A stretch of DNA of 63,017 bases, filler included, from Sphacelaria rigidula (Eukaryota), in NCBI GenBank assembly GCA_964200075.2. It is 10 parts of 10 records of this genome, joined end to end, with 100 filler letters (N's around TTAATTAATTAA, not from the genome) between each part and the next. Parts side by side here need not be neighbours in the genome. Positions count along the whole stretch, not along the records: positions 25,249 to 31,460 come from CAXNAA020021482.1; positions 31,561 to 37,772 come from CAXNAA020021483.1; positions 37,873 to 44,084 come from CAXNAA020021484.1; 7 more parts are not named here. One strand, given 5' to 3'. Below are positions 26,656 through 38,662 of the stretch, in pieces (positions within the stretch are counted from its first letter, which is position 1; each line of letters starts with the position of its first letter). The notes below the pieces were generated by a model. That model did not search any database. It saw only the letters and a list, made by a program, of their open reading frames with translations, and was not told the DNA's origin. A program made the position numbers and the translations under genes.

Positions 26656-27204
26656 ACAACTTGTACCATACAGAACGCAACCTTGCAAATGTCACATGAC
26701 CATCTCCGTATCGATCACAAGTGGCGCATGACCATCACTCCTCGAGCGAGATGACACGATTTCAAATGTCACATGATCATCTCTCTGTTTGAAATCGGTT
26801 CGGGAGTATGGACATATGGGAAGAGACACGTGTATCGCCGGTAATATGAAAGGCCTCGGAAATGTAGGGTAGGGTTGATGCACGACGCACGGGTGGCGCC
26901 ACCACTTGAGAATTGCTTACTTTGCACGAGGCTCGTGGCTTATTTCCTCGGTGTGGCAAGCAATAGCGACTGGATGAGATTAAGTGCAGGGGTTCTTACC
27001 GGCGCCACAATTTGTGCACAAGCGCTTATATTTTGATTTTTTCGAGGCTCAAGTTTTTTAAGCGCCAACTTTCTTGAGTGGTGGTGCCACCTGTACACTT
27101 TTTTGTAGTGCCAAAAATTGCCGGATAGGCACGGTAGAGCGTTGGAGAAACACCAGCAAGCTATGATGGTTCAACATACAGTTTCGTGCTCGTGTCCCTA
27201 TACG

Positions 27205-27710
27205 GTTGGCGTCGGTTGGCAGTGACGCTGTCAAACACGCCTCTCACTGCATCAGCTAGGCAACCAGGTTACCGTTTTTTTTCGCGCGCTTGCGTTTTTT
27301 TTGCGGTAATCATGATGGTAGTCGAGCTAGATCATATTGTGCGAGGTGGGAAAACCTCGATTCCCTACAATAACAGATGCTCATACCACGTAGTGTTTAC
27401 ACGGTGGGACACCCATGAGGCAGTGTGGAAGCCGTGACTGTCTCTGGAAGTGGTGATACCAGAAAATGAAGCAACTCATTGTAGGTTGTCATCTAAATGC
27501 AAGATAATCAGTTGACTTCGGACTGATCAATCTTAGCAGGATGCAGCTAACCCTTCGTGCGACTCGCCGAACACACCACGGCGCTTCGCGCGTGGTGATG
27601 GATTGCGAGCCTGGTCCGGCGAAAATCCGGCGTGCTTCGTCCCGGCTTTGTAGGGATGCGAGGTCAATGGCCTTATGACGACGGCATGCATGATCATGAG
27701 TACACCCCAC
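27205..27710 (+). mobile_element. C-tailed SINE-like element (family B), near full length
   Basis: Colinear with copies at 30046-30563, 36194-36686 and 36914-37312; ends ATGAGTACACCCC. Confidence 0.75.
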
Positions 27711-28059
27711 CAGGATTGTGGGTGGTTTGAGGAGGCAATACTCTATGTGAATCAACGTCACAAAAGCCGACCGCACGAGCAGCTGGGAGCTCCCACGCTT
27801 AGGATCGTTTTCGTCTATGTCGTCCATATGAGGCGCTTCATGCAGTCTGAAACCAGCTGTCATGCGCTTCATGGCCACTTTTTTCGTGACAGGGTTGGGG
27901 CTGATATGAAGGAGGGGTTATCGCAGCATCACTCTGTCCTGTGTGTGCGCGCGCAGATATCGCTTGTGCTGGTGCAGCCGGATCCCAAGGCGAAGCAGGA
28001 TGAGGTTTCTTTTGCCCTGGACGGCGTTTCTCATAAGGTATTGTACCCCTTTCCTTCTC

Positions 28060-28414
28060 ATGAAATCGTTTGTACATGAGACAACAGCGAGAAAACGATG
28101 GTTGTACTAGGAGAGACGACAGATGGTGGTCCCAGACGCCGAAACAAGAATGGGAGAAGATATGTGAAAGGTTCTTGTGTAATGTACAGAAGAAACGTAA
28201 TGAGCGCCCAAATGTTGGAGGTGTCTCTATTAGGCCGAACACTCTTAGCAGGATGAAGCTCACCCTTCGTGCGACTCGCAAGACACATCACGTTGCTTCG
28301 CGCTTGGTGATTTTTTGCGAGCCTGTTCTGGCGAAAGCCCGACGTGCCTTGTCCCTGCTTTGTAGGGATGCGAGGTTAATGGTCTCATGACTGGCAAGAT
28401 CATGAGTACGCCCC
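28060..28414 (+). mobile_element. C-tailed LINE 3' fragment running into the family-B 3' sequence
   Basis: DRWWSQTPKQEWEKICERFLCNVQKKRNERPNVGGVSIR is homologous to 56160-56290; ends ATGAGTACGCCCC. Confidence 0.75.
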
Positions 28415-30045
28415 TATCCCATTCCCTACCTCTTGCCGAATGACATCCCCGGTTGATGAGTTTCCGGCTATGGTTGGTACCGGGGTACAGGGTACGTAGT
28501 ATGCAAGGGTCCGACGATGATTCGTCTGGAAATCACTTGATTTTAACGTAAATGATTCGTACCGTATGAATCAATCCTTAGGCTTTGTTTTCAGCGTTGC
28601 AGCCCACGTACGCGCAGCCCAGGCACGTGGAATGGCGCAAAAACTGCGTGGACCAGTGGTAATCTTTTCCCCATCTGTTGAGCCATCAGGCCTGAAAAAT
28701 CGTGGATTCAGCGATTCGAACCGGCGATGATTAGTCCAAACCGTGGTAGTATATCACCCCCGGTGATATGAATTAAATTGGTACAAGTGGCACCATTGCA
28801 GTAGGTCGGATGATGTGGCTTCGATTCCCGCTCGACAGATGCGCTTAGTTTTTTTGATTTTTTTTTCTGAGAAAATGCCTGATTTTCGGTCGCTGAAAGC
28901 TTGAATACGTACGTGAGAGATTAAAAAAAAAAGCTCGAGTTGAATAAGGTTTTTGAGTTTGTTTCGACGAGAGCCCACGCAGTGCGCGCGGGAGTGACCG
29001 GTGATCGAACCAATCTGCGATAACCAGAATGTACGGCCTTTACCATCCGGGGGGGGGGGGGGGGCGTACTCACCATCCAGGGAACGAGGTGAGCTGACAG
29101 GTCGAGATTCATCCCGCGAAAAGGGGGACGGGTTTAAAGTATGCCAACTAAAAAGGATAAGTCACCTACCCCCTGGAGTACCTACCCTACCCTGGTCAGT
29201 GAAGTCTTGGGGTCCCAGGAGTTATTGCCCACCAGCAAGGTTGTGTAGACTGCATTGTACGGTACTGGCTTGTCCCGACATTGTGTTCCCTGCGTTCGTC
29301 ACACTAAACGTTGGGCATTGCAACCTACTACAGCTGTCCGGGTCGCAAGGCACGGTGATCAGCGACCTCCTGGCACTGCTGTCGAAGGTGAAGCAGAGGG
29401 GCCCGGACAAGAGCCTCTTCGTCACCAGAGACGGCAAGAGGCGAGCATTTGTTTAGGTCGTTGTATTTTGCCACTACTATGCTTGTAACTCCCGTAAAGT
29501 AGACTTCTGGTTATTGCCTTAAGCTTGGATTTTGGGTGAGACTATTCCTTTTTGATGTTCGTGACGCGTTCTCGTACGCCGACTTCACTCGAGAATATGA
29601 TGTTGTCATCACTTTTTGTTTCACTATTTTTTGTCATCATCCACGTTAGTTTTGTGCCCCCTCCCCTTTTTTCTGTCCTTGTAATGTTTGACTGAAAAGT
29701 AGGATATTTATTTAATTCCTTGGTTTGTATTTTCCGTAACTCTCGTTGAGTAATGTCAAGTGGCGACCCCTTTCGTACAGTTTCCCTTACTTTTCCCTAG
29801 TCGCCTGGAGGATGACTGCGCCGCCGCGCCACGGTGGTCTAAATGGTACGCCAACGGCCGGTCATACCTGAAAGTGGTGGGTCCGCATCCGGACAGATAC
29901 GATCTTTTCGAGCAGGATCTGCGTTCCTTGGATGAAACCGTGAGGATATTGAAGGTAGACGATATGTCGACGTGGTTGCGGTACTGTAATGCTGATCGAT
30001 GGTTCCCGATGCAGCAACCGAATGTCAGGCACGTACATCCCGGGA

Positions 30046-30563
30046 TGTACTCATTTTCATGCATGCCATAGTCATGTGACCGTTGACCTCACATCCCTGC
30101 AAAGCCGGGGCGGAGCACGCCGAGTTCTCGCCAGACCAGGCTCGCAATCAATCACCGAGCGCGAAGCGCCGTGATATGTCCTGCGAGTAGCATGAAGGGT
30201 GAGCTGCATCCTTCTGAGATTGTTCGGTCCGAAACCGACTGATTTATCTTGCGTTTGGATGACAGCTTCCAATGAACTGCTTTATTTTCTGGTATCGCCA
30301 CTTCTAGAGACGGCCACGTCTTATACACTGCCTCATGGGTGTCTCACCATGTAAATAAACACTATGTAGTACGATCATCCCCACTGTGCAGAGTTGACGT
30401 TCTCCCACGCCGCACAACATGATCTAGCTCGACTACCATCATGGTTACCGCAACAAAAACGCAAGCGCGCAAACAAAATCGGTAATCTGGTTGCCTAGCT
30501 TGCACAGCGAGTGGCGTGTTCTATGGTGTCATCGCCAACCGACGCCAACCCCATCAGGGGTCC
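30046..30563 (-). mobile_element. Family B copy
   Basis: Reverse-complement match to 27205-27710. Confidence 0.75.
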
Positions 30564-30624
30564 GCCCTACAAAGCCGGGGCGGAGCACGCTGGGTTCTCG
30601 CCGGATCAGGCTGCGAGGGCGGAG

Positions 30625-30885
30625 GGGGGGGGGGGGAATACTCATTCGTCGCCTGCCTTGGTCATTTGGCCATTGACCACACATCCCTTTCGAGACAGAG
30701 CACCGTTCCTTTTCTTGATAGAGACACCTCCAACATTCCGGCGATCATCACGTTTCGGCCATACATCACACAAAACCTTTTACATATTTTATCTCATTCC
30801 TGTTTCGCCGTCTATTGCCACCACCTATCTCCTAGCATGACGATCGATTTCTCGCTAATGTCTGACGTACCAAACGAATTCACGC
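30625..30885 (-). mobile_element. C-tailed LINE 3' fragment
   Basis: Encodes NVGGVSIKKRNGALSRKGCVVNGQMTKAGDE* followed by poly(C). Confidence 0.8.
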
Positions 30886-31334
30886 TACCGTCGTTTACTT
30901 TCCACATTTTCCCCTTCAACACGTCCCGTCATCCCTTTGTAGTTTACATTCTCTTACTACACTATTTTGTGCAATTCCTCGTAAAATATCAACTGATCTG
31001 TTTCCTGTCGTATTCATCCTTCACATTTTCGAATAATTAGGGCCAAAAAAGAGACATCGTTATATTTTCCCCCACATGAATACTCCACGGTGTTTGTGCC
31101 CCCATCAGCAACGAAGCGACCTTTTTGTCCTTCCTTCCCCGTTCGACCCTTTGCTTTGATTCCACAGTTTTGTCAAGTGTTACCACGGAGTAAACGAGGG
31201 GTCATTGTTCCCGCTCACGCAAGGCCTACTCTTCATGAAGCCAGGACTTTTCCTGCCCAGCGCAGATATCGGAGAGGTACGCTTCGTGTTTGCTTGTGTT
31301 CGTTGTGCGCGTGAGTATCTTATGTGAGTCTTTA

Positions 31335-31460
31335 CATGGTGAGACACCCATGAGACAGTGTGTAAGTCGTGGCTGTCGGTGGAAGTCGCGGTATCACAGA
31401 ATGAAGCAACTCATTGTTGGCTGTCATGCAAATGCAAGATAATCAGTAGGCTTCGGGCCG
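31335..31460 (+). mobile_element. Family B partial copy at contig end
   Basis: GACACCCATGAG...GAAGCAACTCATT...GCAAGATAATCAGT. Confidence 0.7.
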
Positions 31461-31560
31461 NNNNNNNNNNNNNNNNNNNNNNNNNNNNNNNNNNNNNNNN
31501 NNNNTTAATTAATTAANNNNNNNNNNNNNNNNNNNNNNNNNNNNNNNNNNNNNNNNNNNN
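31461..31560. other. Artificial contig linker
   Basis: Same 100-bp spacer. Confidence 0.98.
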
Positions 31561-31735
31561 GGTGTGTTCGGCGAGTCGCATGAAGGGTGAGCTTCATCCT
31601 GCTAAAATTGTTCGACCCGAAGCGTACTGATTATCTTGCATATGGATGACAGCCTCCGATGAGGTGCTTCGTTTTCTGGTATCGCCATTTCCAGAGACAG
31701 CCACGGGTTACACACTGACTCATGGGGGTCTCACC
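31561..31735 (-). mobile_element. Family B partial copy at contig start
   Basis: GGCGAGTCGCATGAAGGGTGAGC...TGATTATCTTGC. Confidence 0.7.
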
Positions 31736-32345
31736 GGGGAGGGGGGGAACCAAATGCATCGGCGGGGATATGAACCCTCAACCTTCCGCGCAAATAGCTT
31801 CCACTTGTATCTTAGGGACCACCGGGGTGAGGCAAATCTGCACTACTGCGGCACTACCCAAGGTCATCATCACGCCAAGAGTGTAAAAATGAATGTCTGG
31901 ACTGTTGCCTGCAAGTTGGGGCTGGAATTGCTGTCTTGCATGTTCTTATGACACGGTAATGTATCTCCTTTCCATGCCTGTTATCGTCTGGGCGTATTTT
32001 TCGTGTGCAAACGATCGTACTGGACACTCTGGTACCGACCGTACACAAACACCCGCATGGAACGCAAAGTGCACCTACGGGTGGAAGTCAATGTCAAGAG
32101 TTTAGCGGTTGAGAATAGGCACAAGCACCTCCGTCCACCTCACGCTTGCTCGACCCTGCTTCCCCTCTTCCTTGCTCCCAGTCGCTGTCGACCAATGGCT
32201 ACAGTACCTGGTTTCGGGAGGTGGTGAGGATCTTCGTAGCCACGGCGTCGATCTTGTGTCGCCGAGCAGAATGGACTTCCATTCGCTCCTCCATCGACAC
32301 CACCTGAGTAATCAGCAGTGAAACCGTGAAATTACGGTAATTCAT

Positions 32346-32373
32346 ACAACAACAACAACAACAACAACAACAA
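32346..32373. repeat. (CAA)n microsatellite
   Basis: Seen directly. Confidence 0.95.
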
Positions 32374-32879
32374 GCACGGGTTGGTTGCGTCAAACCTTGC
32401 ACTCACTCACAGAGGACGAGAGAATGAACCAGCAGGCAATGTTTCAATGTTTCATGTCACGAGATTGTGTGCGTGTGTGCTGGCCTGTTCACCAGCCTGC
32501 TAAGATGGATAACCGCTACGATCACCAGACCTTGCCCTTGAGCGCCCCACCCTCCCGCTACAATACCCAACCGCTTCTCCCTTGGATGTATCGCGGGCGG
32601 GGGCGGCGGGGGGGTAGGCAACAATTGAAAACTGGAAGCACGCGTACTGGTACAAAGGATATCGGAAGAATGGGGGTATGCACAGAACATGAATTTTCAG
32701 GTTACAGTCGGGTGATGAGTCGGGTGATGAGACTAGGTATATTGAGCATTGCAGTCCCTGCGCAAGATGCTGTAGGGGGATTATACCAGCGTAGTCAGCA
32801 CGATGGCTGCGATAGTTGTGGTCCGCCTGGAGTTCGGGTGTCGGAAAAAGATGACCGGGACTATCCTTGCGTAGTCAGT

Positions 32880-34070
32880 ACACAGCTCCCCAAACGTCGC
32901 ATTTGCAAATCGAGGCGGTAGATCACCGATACAAACAAATAGCTGAGTTCGTCTACCTTGTTGGTGCTACCAGTAAGGACGCGGCTATATCCATGCAAAA
33001 TTCCTCGCAGCATCAGCACCAATTGAGTGCGCCTCAACAAGTGCAGATCCAACCTCTAAGGCCGGTCTAAAATCCCTCCTCCAAGACCGACGGGTCAAAG
33101 TGGAAGTGGCGGAAGCCGTGTTGACATGGGTGTGCCAGGTAGAAGACTCTGCACTCAGGAGACTTCGAGAGCCTGCGCACATGGGACGCAAGACTATTTT
33201 TTTCGTGAAGAGCTGGTGTCAAGATTTCACGCCCTGTACGACTATCCGTGACAACTATAAACACTAGAATTTCGATTTACTTGACAACTGGGTGAAAAAA
33301 TACATATCAATAACACGACCACGGGTCATGGCCACGGGGGCGAATTTTGCGCCATCTTACGCGCTGCTGCGCGCAGCACAGCGGGAGCCAGATCATTTTG
33401 AGCGCTATTTATTTGTCTAAATAGCTGCTATTATTAATATCTAGTTTGACCGGTACATTATCCGCAAGCAAAGCTCAAGTGTCACGGATCGTTGTACAGG
33501 GTGTGCAAGATTTACCAAGCGCGAGCGGACCGAGACAACCGTTTCCAGCATCAGCTCTCGTTCGCAGGGGCCTTTGTCTGACAGGGTGACACACATCTCC
33601 AGGAAGCACCAGTGTCCGGACGGCTATCTGGACAAGAATCCAAGAAGGGTGGTCGCCTTCAGAACACCGGGGTTAGAACCCCCATCCCGACAATATTCCT
33701 CACCTACGGGCTATTCCGCGTAAGTGAGAAGGGAACGAGTGGTTTGTTCGCGACGCTGACGTGACGGACTCACAGATTCGGCCATCGCCGCTCAGAACGT
33801 GAGCAAATGGCACCGAGGGGTCGAGGATGGGGCAGAGGAGTTAAAGGAAGCCTGGCAGCGTGAAGATGTCCACCGCTTCAACGAACGTCACACGCGAGAC
33901 GCTGCTGTGTCGAGAGCTTCCAAAAGCACAGCTTTCTCCGGGAGGAGCAACATCGACAAGAACAGCCCGAAACGGAACCAAGATAAGAAGGGCCGAGAGG
34001 GTACCTAGAGATGATGGGGAGAAGCGCGAGTTATTGCAGCGACGACAGCCCTACCCTGTAGGGCAGTCAT
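32880..34070 (+). mobile_element. Degenerate RTE-like LINE (RT C-terminal part to ORF end), interrupted around 33250-33480
   Basis: QIEAVDHRYKQIAEFVYLVGA (F.YLG motif); SKWHRGVEDGAEELKEAWQRED is homologous to the 10720-11086 peptide. Confidence 0.72.
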
Positions 34071-34246
34071 CATTATATTTTTTTGACTTGTAACGCTACC
34101 CCTGCATCCTCTTTATTTCCTTCTCCTCGCCTTTCCCTTTTCCCTTTTATTTTATTTTCTCTGTTCCTGACTCGGTTCCAGGGCGGCCGAATCGCAATAT
34201 GACTGCAGCGCTTCATGGTTTGTGCGAAACCCTGTTTGAAATTGTA

Positions 34247-35924
34247 CACACCCTGGACAACACAATATGTTTGCAATATCTATTTTGTCGATCATTTTGA
34301 AATTTTGCGATGTATTGCCGGCGTAATATATGTCGGTACCCTTGGATCGCACACGTATTGCGCGCCCAGTGTATATTGATGTCGTGGGACTGCATGCACA
34401 TTGCCCGCCCAATATATATATTGGTACTGTGGGGTTAAACCCATACTGTCCCATCAATATATATTGGGGCAGTGTGGGTGACGGCATATTGCACGACCAA
34501 TATATATCAGCGTCGCATTGGTAAGAACATAATGACCGGTCAATATATATTTGGTCCATGTGGGTGCCAACGTATTGACCGGTCAATATATATCGGATAT
34601 TACAAGTAGTGTGTACACTAGAGGAAGGATTCAGACGCGGTGGATGCCGGAGCCCATGCAGATTGGGAAACGCTTCGAAGGGAGTGGTAGAAGTTCGCTT
34701 GCACTGCAACGAAGAGTTGTCGAATTCGTTTGATATATATATATATATATACTGGTCAGAAAATATAGTGGCAGAAGAGGCGACGCGGTATATATATATG
34801 CCTTCTGATACCTATCTGGCCACCGGTACGGGGCCGCCCATCCCCTTCACAGCATGTAATCTTCGGTAAACATCACGACGACTGAAAAAGCGGGTCGATA
34901 TGCGTCTTTTGATGCCCCTGTTGTCACCGGTTCTGTGTTACTTATACCCTGGACAATACAATATCTTCCAAAATGATACCGATACTTTGTATTGGAGACA
35001 GCGCAAATATTGTCCTTTCAATATATATTGTGTTGAGATGTCCTCGGGAATATTGAAGCAACAACATATATTTCTCGTGTCATGATCGTGAAGTAATGCA
35101 TAACAATATATATATTGGACATGCATTTGCTTCGGGGACGAAGCATTCAATATATATCGTGCATGCCGGCCGTGTATGTATTGAAGTTTCGATATATATT
35201 GAGTCGAAGCGATGCGAAACATGTTGCTGCTATAATGTATATTGAGCGCAAACCATGCAAAAGTATTGAATTTCCTATATATATATATATATATGTATAT
35301 TGCGCACGCTCATCGCATAGCTATTGCTACACCAATACATTGCACACGCTCGCGGGGGCATATCTTGAGTGTTTTCGGCATATGATGATACATCTTTGAA
35401 TGGCGCCCGCGAACACAAAACTGCCCACCATACTAATTCCAATGCACTTTCCAATCTACGTGTTGAAAATCAACATATATATATATATATTGCTACACCA
35501 ATATGTATTGTGACCGTTCGTTCCCTCGTGTATTGTCTGCCCAATATATATTGGACGCATGGACGCACGACATATTGGGGCGGCAATATATATTGGCGCT
35601 TCGGGTATTGAGTATATTGAATCATCAATATATATTGACCTCGTGTGGCAGCCAATATATTACTCGACATATATATATATATATATTAGCACCTTATCGC
35701 ACCAACATATTACTCGGCCAATATATATTGAGGTGGCGCGTGCCGTGATATATTGTTCGGTCGATATATATATCGCATATCGCGAGACTTGACATATTGA
35801 TGGCACAATAAATATTGACTCTCTCTTGTGCCATCATATTGCTCGCCCAATGTATATTGACCACCCGACGCGTTGACGTATTGAGCGGGCAATATATATT
35901 ACATATTGTATTGTCCAGGTTGTG
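34247..35924. mobile_element. Non-autonomous TIR DNA transposon with CAC...GTG ends, TA flanks and CAATATATATTG palindrome arrays
   Basis: TA|CACACCCTGGACAACACAATATGT ... ACATATTGTATTGTCCAGGTTGTG|TA; second internal left end at 34947. Confidence 0.8.
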
Positions 35925-36193
35925 TAATTGTATCGGGGGCTTGCGGAGGGCGTCTCCCGGAAGGCTCTTGGCCTTCAGTGTTTGCCGGTTGAAATTGTTT
36001 CGTTTTCGACTTTTGTTTGACATTTACTCATTAAAGCCGTTCTTCAGCTCGAGTTCTCTTGTTACAAAATGGCTCCGTTTCGTTGACCTTGGGTGCGTCT
36101 ATTTCGAGGCTACGGTACATTCCGCAGGGTATCAGATAACAGGAGACAAGCAATGTTTCAACCAATCAAGCAACCCACGCTGGAACAGGCGAC

Positions 36194-36686
36194 GGGGTAG
36201 GGTGTGTACTGATGATCTCGCATGCCATAGTCATGAGACCATTGACCTCGCATCCCTACAAGGCCGAGGTGGACCACACCGGATTTTCGCCGGACCAGTC
36301 TCGCAAGCCCCAAGCTCGAAAAGCCGTGATGTGTTCGGCGAGTCGCATGAAGGATGAGCTGCACCCTCCTATAATTGTTCGGCCCGAAGCGTACTGATTA
36401 TCTTTCATTTGGATGACAACCTTCAACGAGTTGCTTCATCTTCTGGTATCATCACTTCCAGTGACAGCCATGGCTTAGACAATGCTACATCGGTGTTTCA
36501 CATTTTAACACTACATAGTACGATCATCCCCTTTGCGCGGAGTTGAGGTTTCCACCCCGCATAGTACGATCCAACTTGACCACCATTTGATTACCGCGGA
36601 AAAAACGCAGATAATAAAAAGCCGGTAACCTCGTTGCCTAGCTCACGCAGTGAGTGGGGTGCTCCACAGCGTCGATGCCAACCGAC
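36194..36686 (-). mobile_element. Family B copy
   Basis: Reverse-complement match to 27205-27710. Confidence 0.75.
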
Positions 36687-36913
36687 TCAAACCCTTAAAG
36701 TGGAGAAGGTGAGGGGGCGGGGGGGGAGGAGAGGGGGCATATCCTGTACATCTTGTGGTGACTTGCCTTTTTCTCGACTTTCTTGTGGCGGCGTCTTTTA
36801 TGTAGGAAGGAAGCTTGTCTCCGCCTCCTTTCCTCTAGCCTCTCGCGGGCGGCCTCCTCCTGTGTATTTCAGAGTAGAGCATAAAACGCCCGGGGGCAGG
36901 ACACAAGACGAGA

Positions 36914-37312
36914 GGTAGTCATGATCTTGCATGCCGTAGTCAGAAGACAATTGGCCTCGCATCCCTACAAAGCCAGGACGGAGAAGGCCTGGTTTCCCCC
37001 GGACCAGGCTCGCAATCCCCAAGCGCGAAGCGCCGTGATGTGTTTGTTCGGCGACTCGCATGAAGGGTGAGCTGTATCCTGCCAAGATTGTTCGGCCCGG
37101 AGCGAACTAACCATCTTGCGTATGGATGAAAGCCTCGGATGAGTTGCTTCAATTTCTGGTATCGCCACTTCCACAGGCAGCCACGGGTTACACTGCCTCG
37201 TGGGTCTTTCACCACTCAAACATTGCGCAGTACAATCATTCCCTTTGCGCGAGGTTGAGCTTCTCCTATCCCGCACAATATGATCTAGCTCGACCACCAT
37301 CACGGTGACCGC
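36914..37312 (-). mobile_element. Family B copy, 5'-truncated
   Basis: Reverse-complement match to family B. Confidence 0.75.
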
Positions 37313-37429
37313 ATCGCGTTTCAAAGAAGAAGCTTCTTGTCGGACAAAGTCTCGATACGGACTCGGGAAAACTTTTCTGTGCCTCTTCTCTTATCTTATT
37401 ACGTTGGATTCATGCTAAGATAAGGGGGG

Positions 37430-37495
37430 CGTTCTCATTTGTTGCTTGCCTTAGTCGTTTGACCATTGACCACGCATCCCTTTCGAGACGGAGCA
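37430..37495 (-). mobile_element. Extremely 5'-truncated C-tailed LINE copy with 14-bp TSD
   Basis: Flanked by TAAGATAAGGGGGG (37416-37429) and TAATATAAGGGGGG (37496-37509). Confidence 0.8.
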
Positions 37496-37713
37496 TAATA
37501 TAAGGGGGGGGGGGGGGTTGAATCCACGAGAAAGAGGGCTCATAGGTGTGTCAGACGACATGACACACTCGCGGTGTGCCTGTATGTGGCAGAAAACAGT
37601 ATCAATGAGTGCTATTTATTGGTAGCAAGCATGTTCGAACCATCATTGCCGCTTTCAACGACAACTGGAAGTGGGATTTCGTGGAAGAAACGGCCAAAAA
37701 TACCGCCCCCCCC

Positions 37714-37772
37714 GGACCCCTGATGGGGTTGGCGTCGCTTGGCGATGACGCTATAAAACACGCCACTCACTA
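37714..37772 (+). mobile_element. Family B 5' head, cut by contig end
   Basis: GGACCCCTGATGGGGTTGGCGTCG matches the head of the 30046-30563 copy. Confidence 0.65.
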
Positions 37773-37872
37773 NNNNNNNNNNNNNNNNNNNNNNNNNNNN
37801 NNNNNNNNNNNNNNNNTTAATTAATTAANNNNNNNNNNNNNNNNNNNNNNNNNNNNNNNNNNNNNNNNNNNN
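37773..37872. other. Artificial contig linker
   Basis: Same 100-bp spacer. Confidence 0.98.
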
Positions 37873-38662
37873 GGAAGGCGCCCATCTGCTCAGAAGTTTG
37901 GGCCCATATTTTCTCGTTGATTAAACCTCATGTCTAGTAATTCCTATACTTGAGGGAGATAGCGCCAACACTAAAATCCCTATGAAACTCCCGATCGATG
38001 CATTTAGTGGATGACGCCGAATTTTGGTATGGACGTTCCCTGGAGCACGGGGAGACGATAGATATCCTCACCTCCACCCAATTCGTAATCTATCTCGAGA
38101 TATGACGCACATACGTTTCCATACTAAAATCAGTATATTACGAGCAGATGCGCTAGATTAGCTAAACCTGGATATCGCGTCTCAGTTTTTAAGAGTTGTG
38201 CTATAAAAATTCGTATGGAGAACCGCGAGTGCATAGTAAAGCTTATAAACAAAGCTTTTCATTTTTTCAATTTTTTTTTTCGGATTTTTGGAGCAGTTTT
38301 GAGGAGAAAGGAACACTGCTTTTGGGCCTTATCTCAATCTTTTAGCTCAATTTTTAGAATTGCAATTTGAAACTCAGCATAAAGAACCACAGAAGTATGC
38401 TGGAAAAAAAAAATGGGCCCTCAGCTTTTTGGGGGGGGGAGAGGTTCGGGCGTTCTCGTAAAACGATGGCGGTTTCCATACTAAAACGTCCTAAACCAGT
38501 GAAAAAATAAGAAAAATCGACCTGACCCACTTTGCTTCGTGAATTATGCCCTAGCCACGGCCCAGACAAAGTTTCAATACATAAACACCAAACATCGGCC
38601 AGTAAGTGGCCTGCAGAATACTGTTCCGAATTTCTTCTGACGCTGTCGCTAAACGGCCCATT

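Noticed and set aside
34247..35924. CRISPR-like array of palindromic repeats and spacers
   Set aside because: Repeats are only ~12 bp and degenerate, spacing is irregular, there are no cas genes, the context is eukaryotic, the spacers recur in another copy (52590-53395), and the block is bounded by TIRs.
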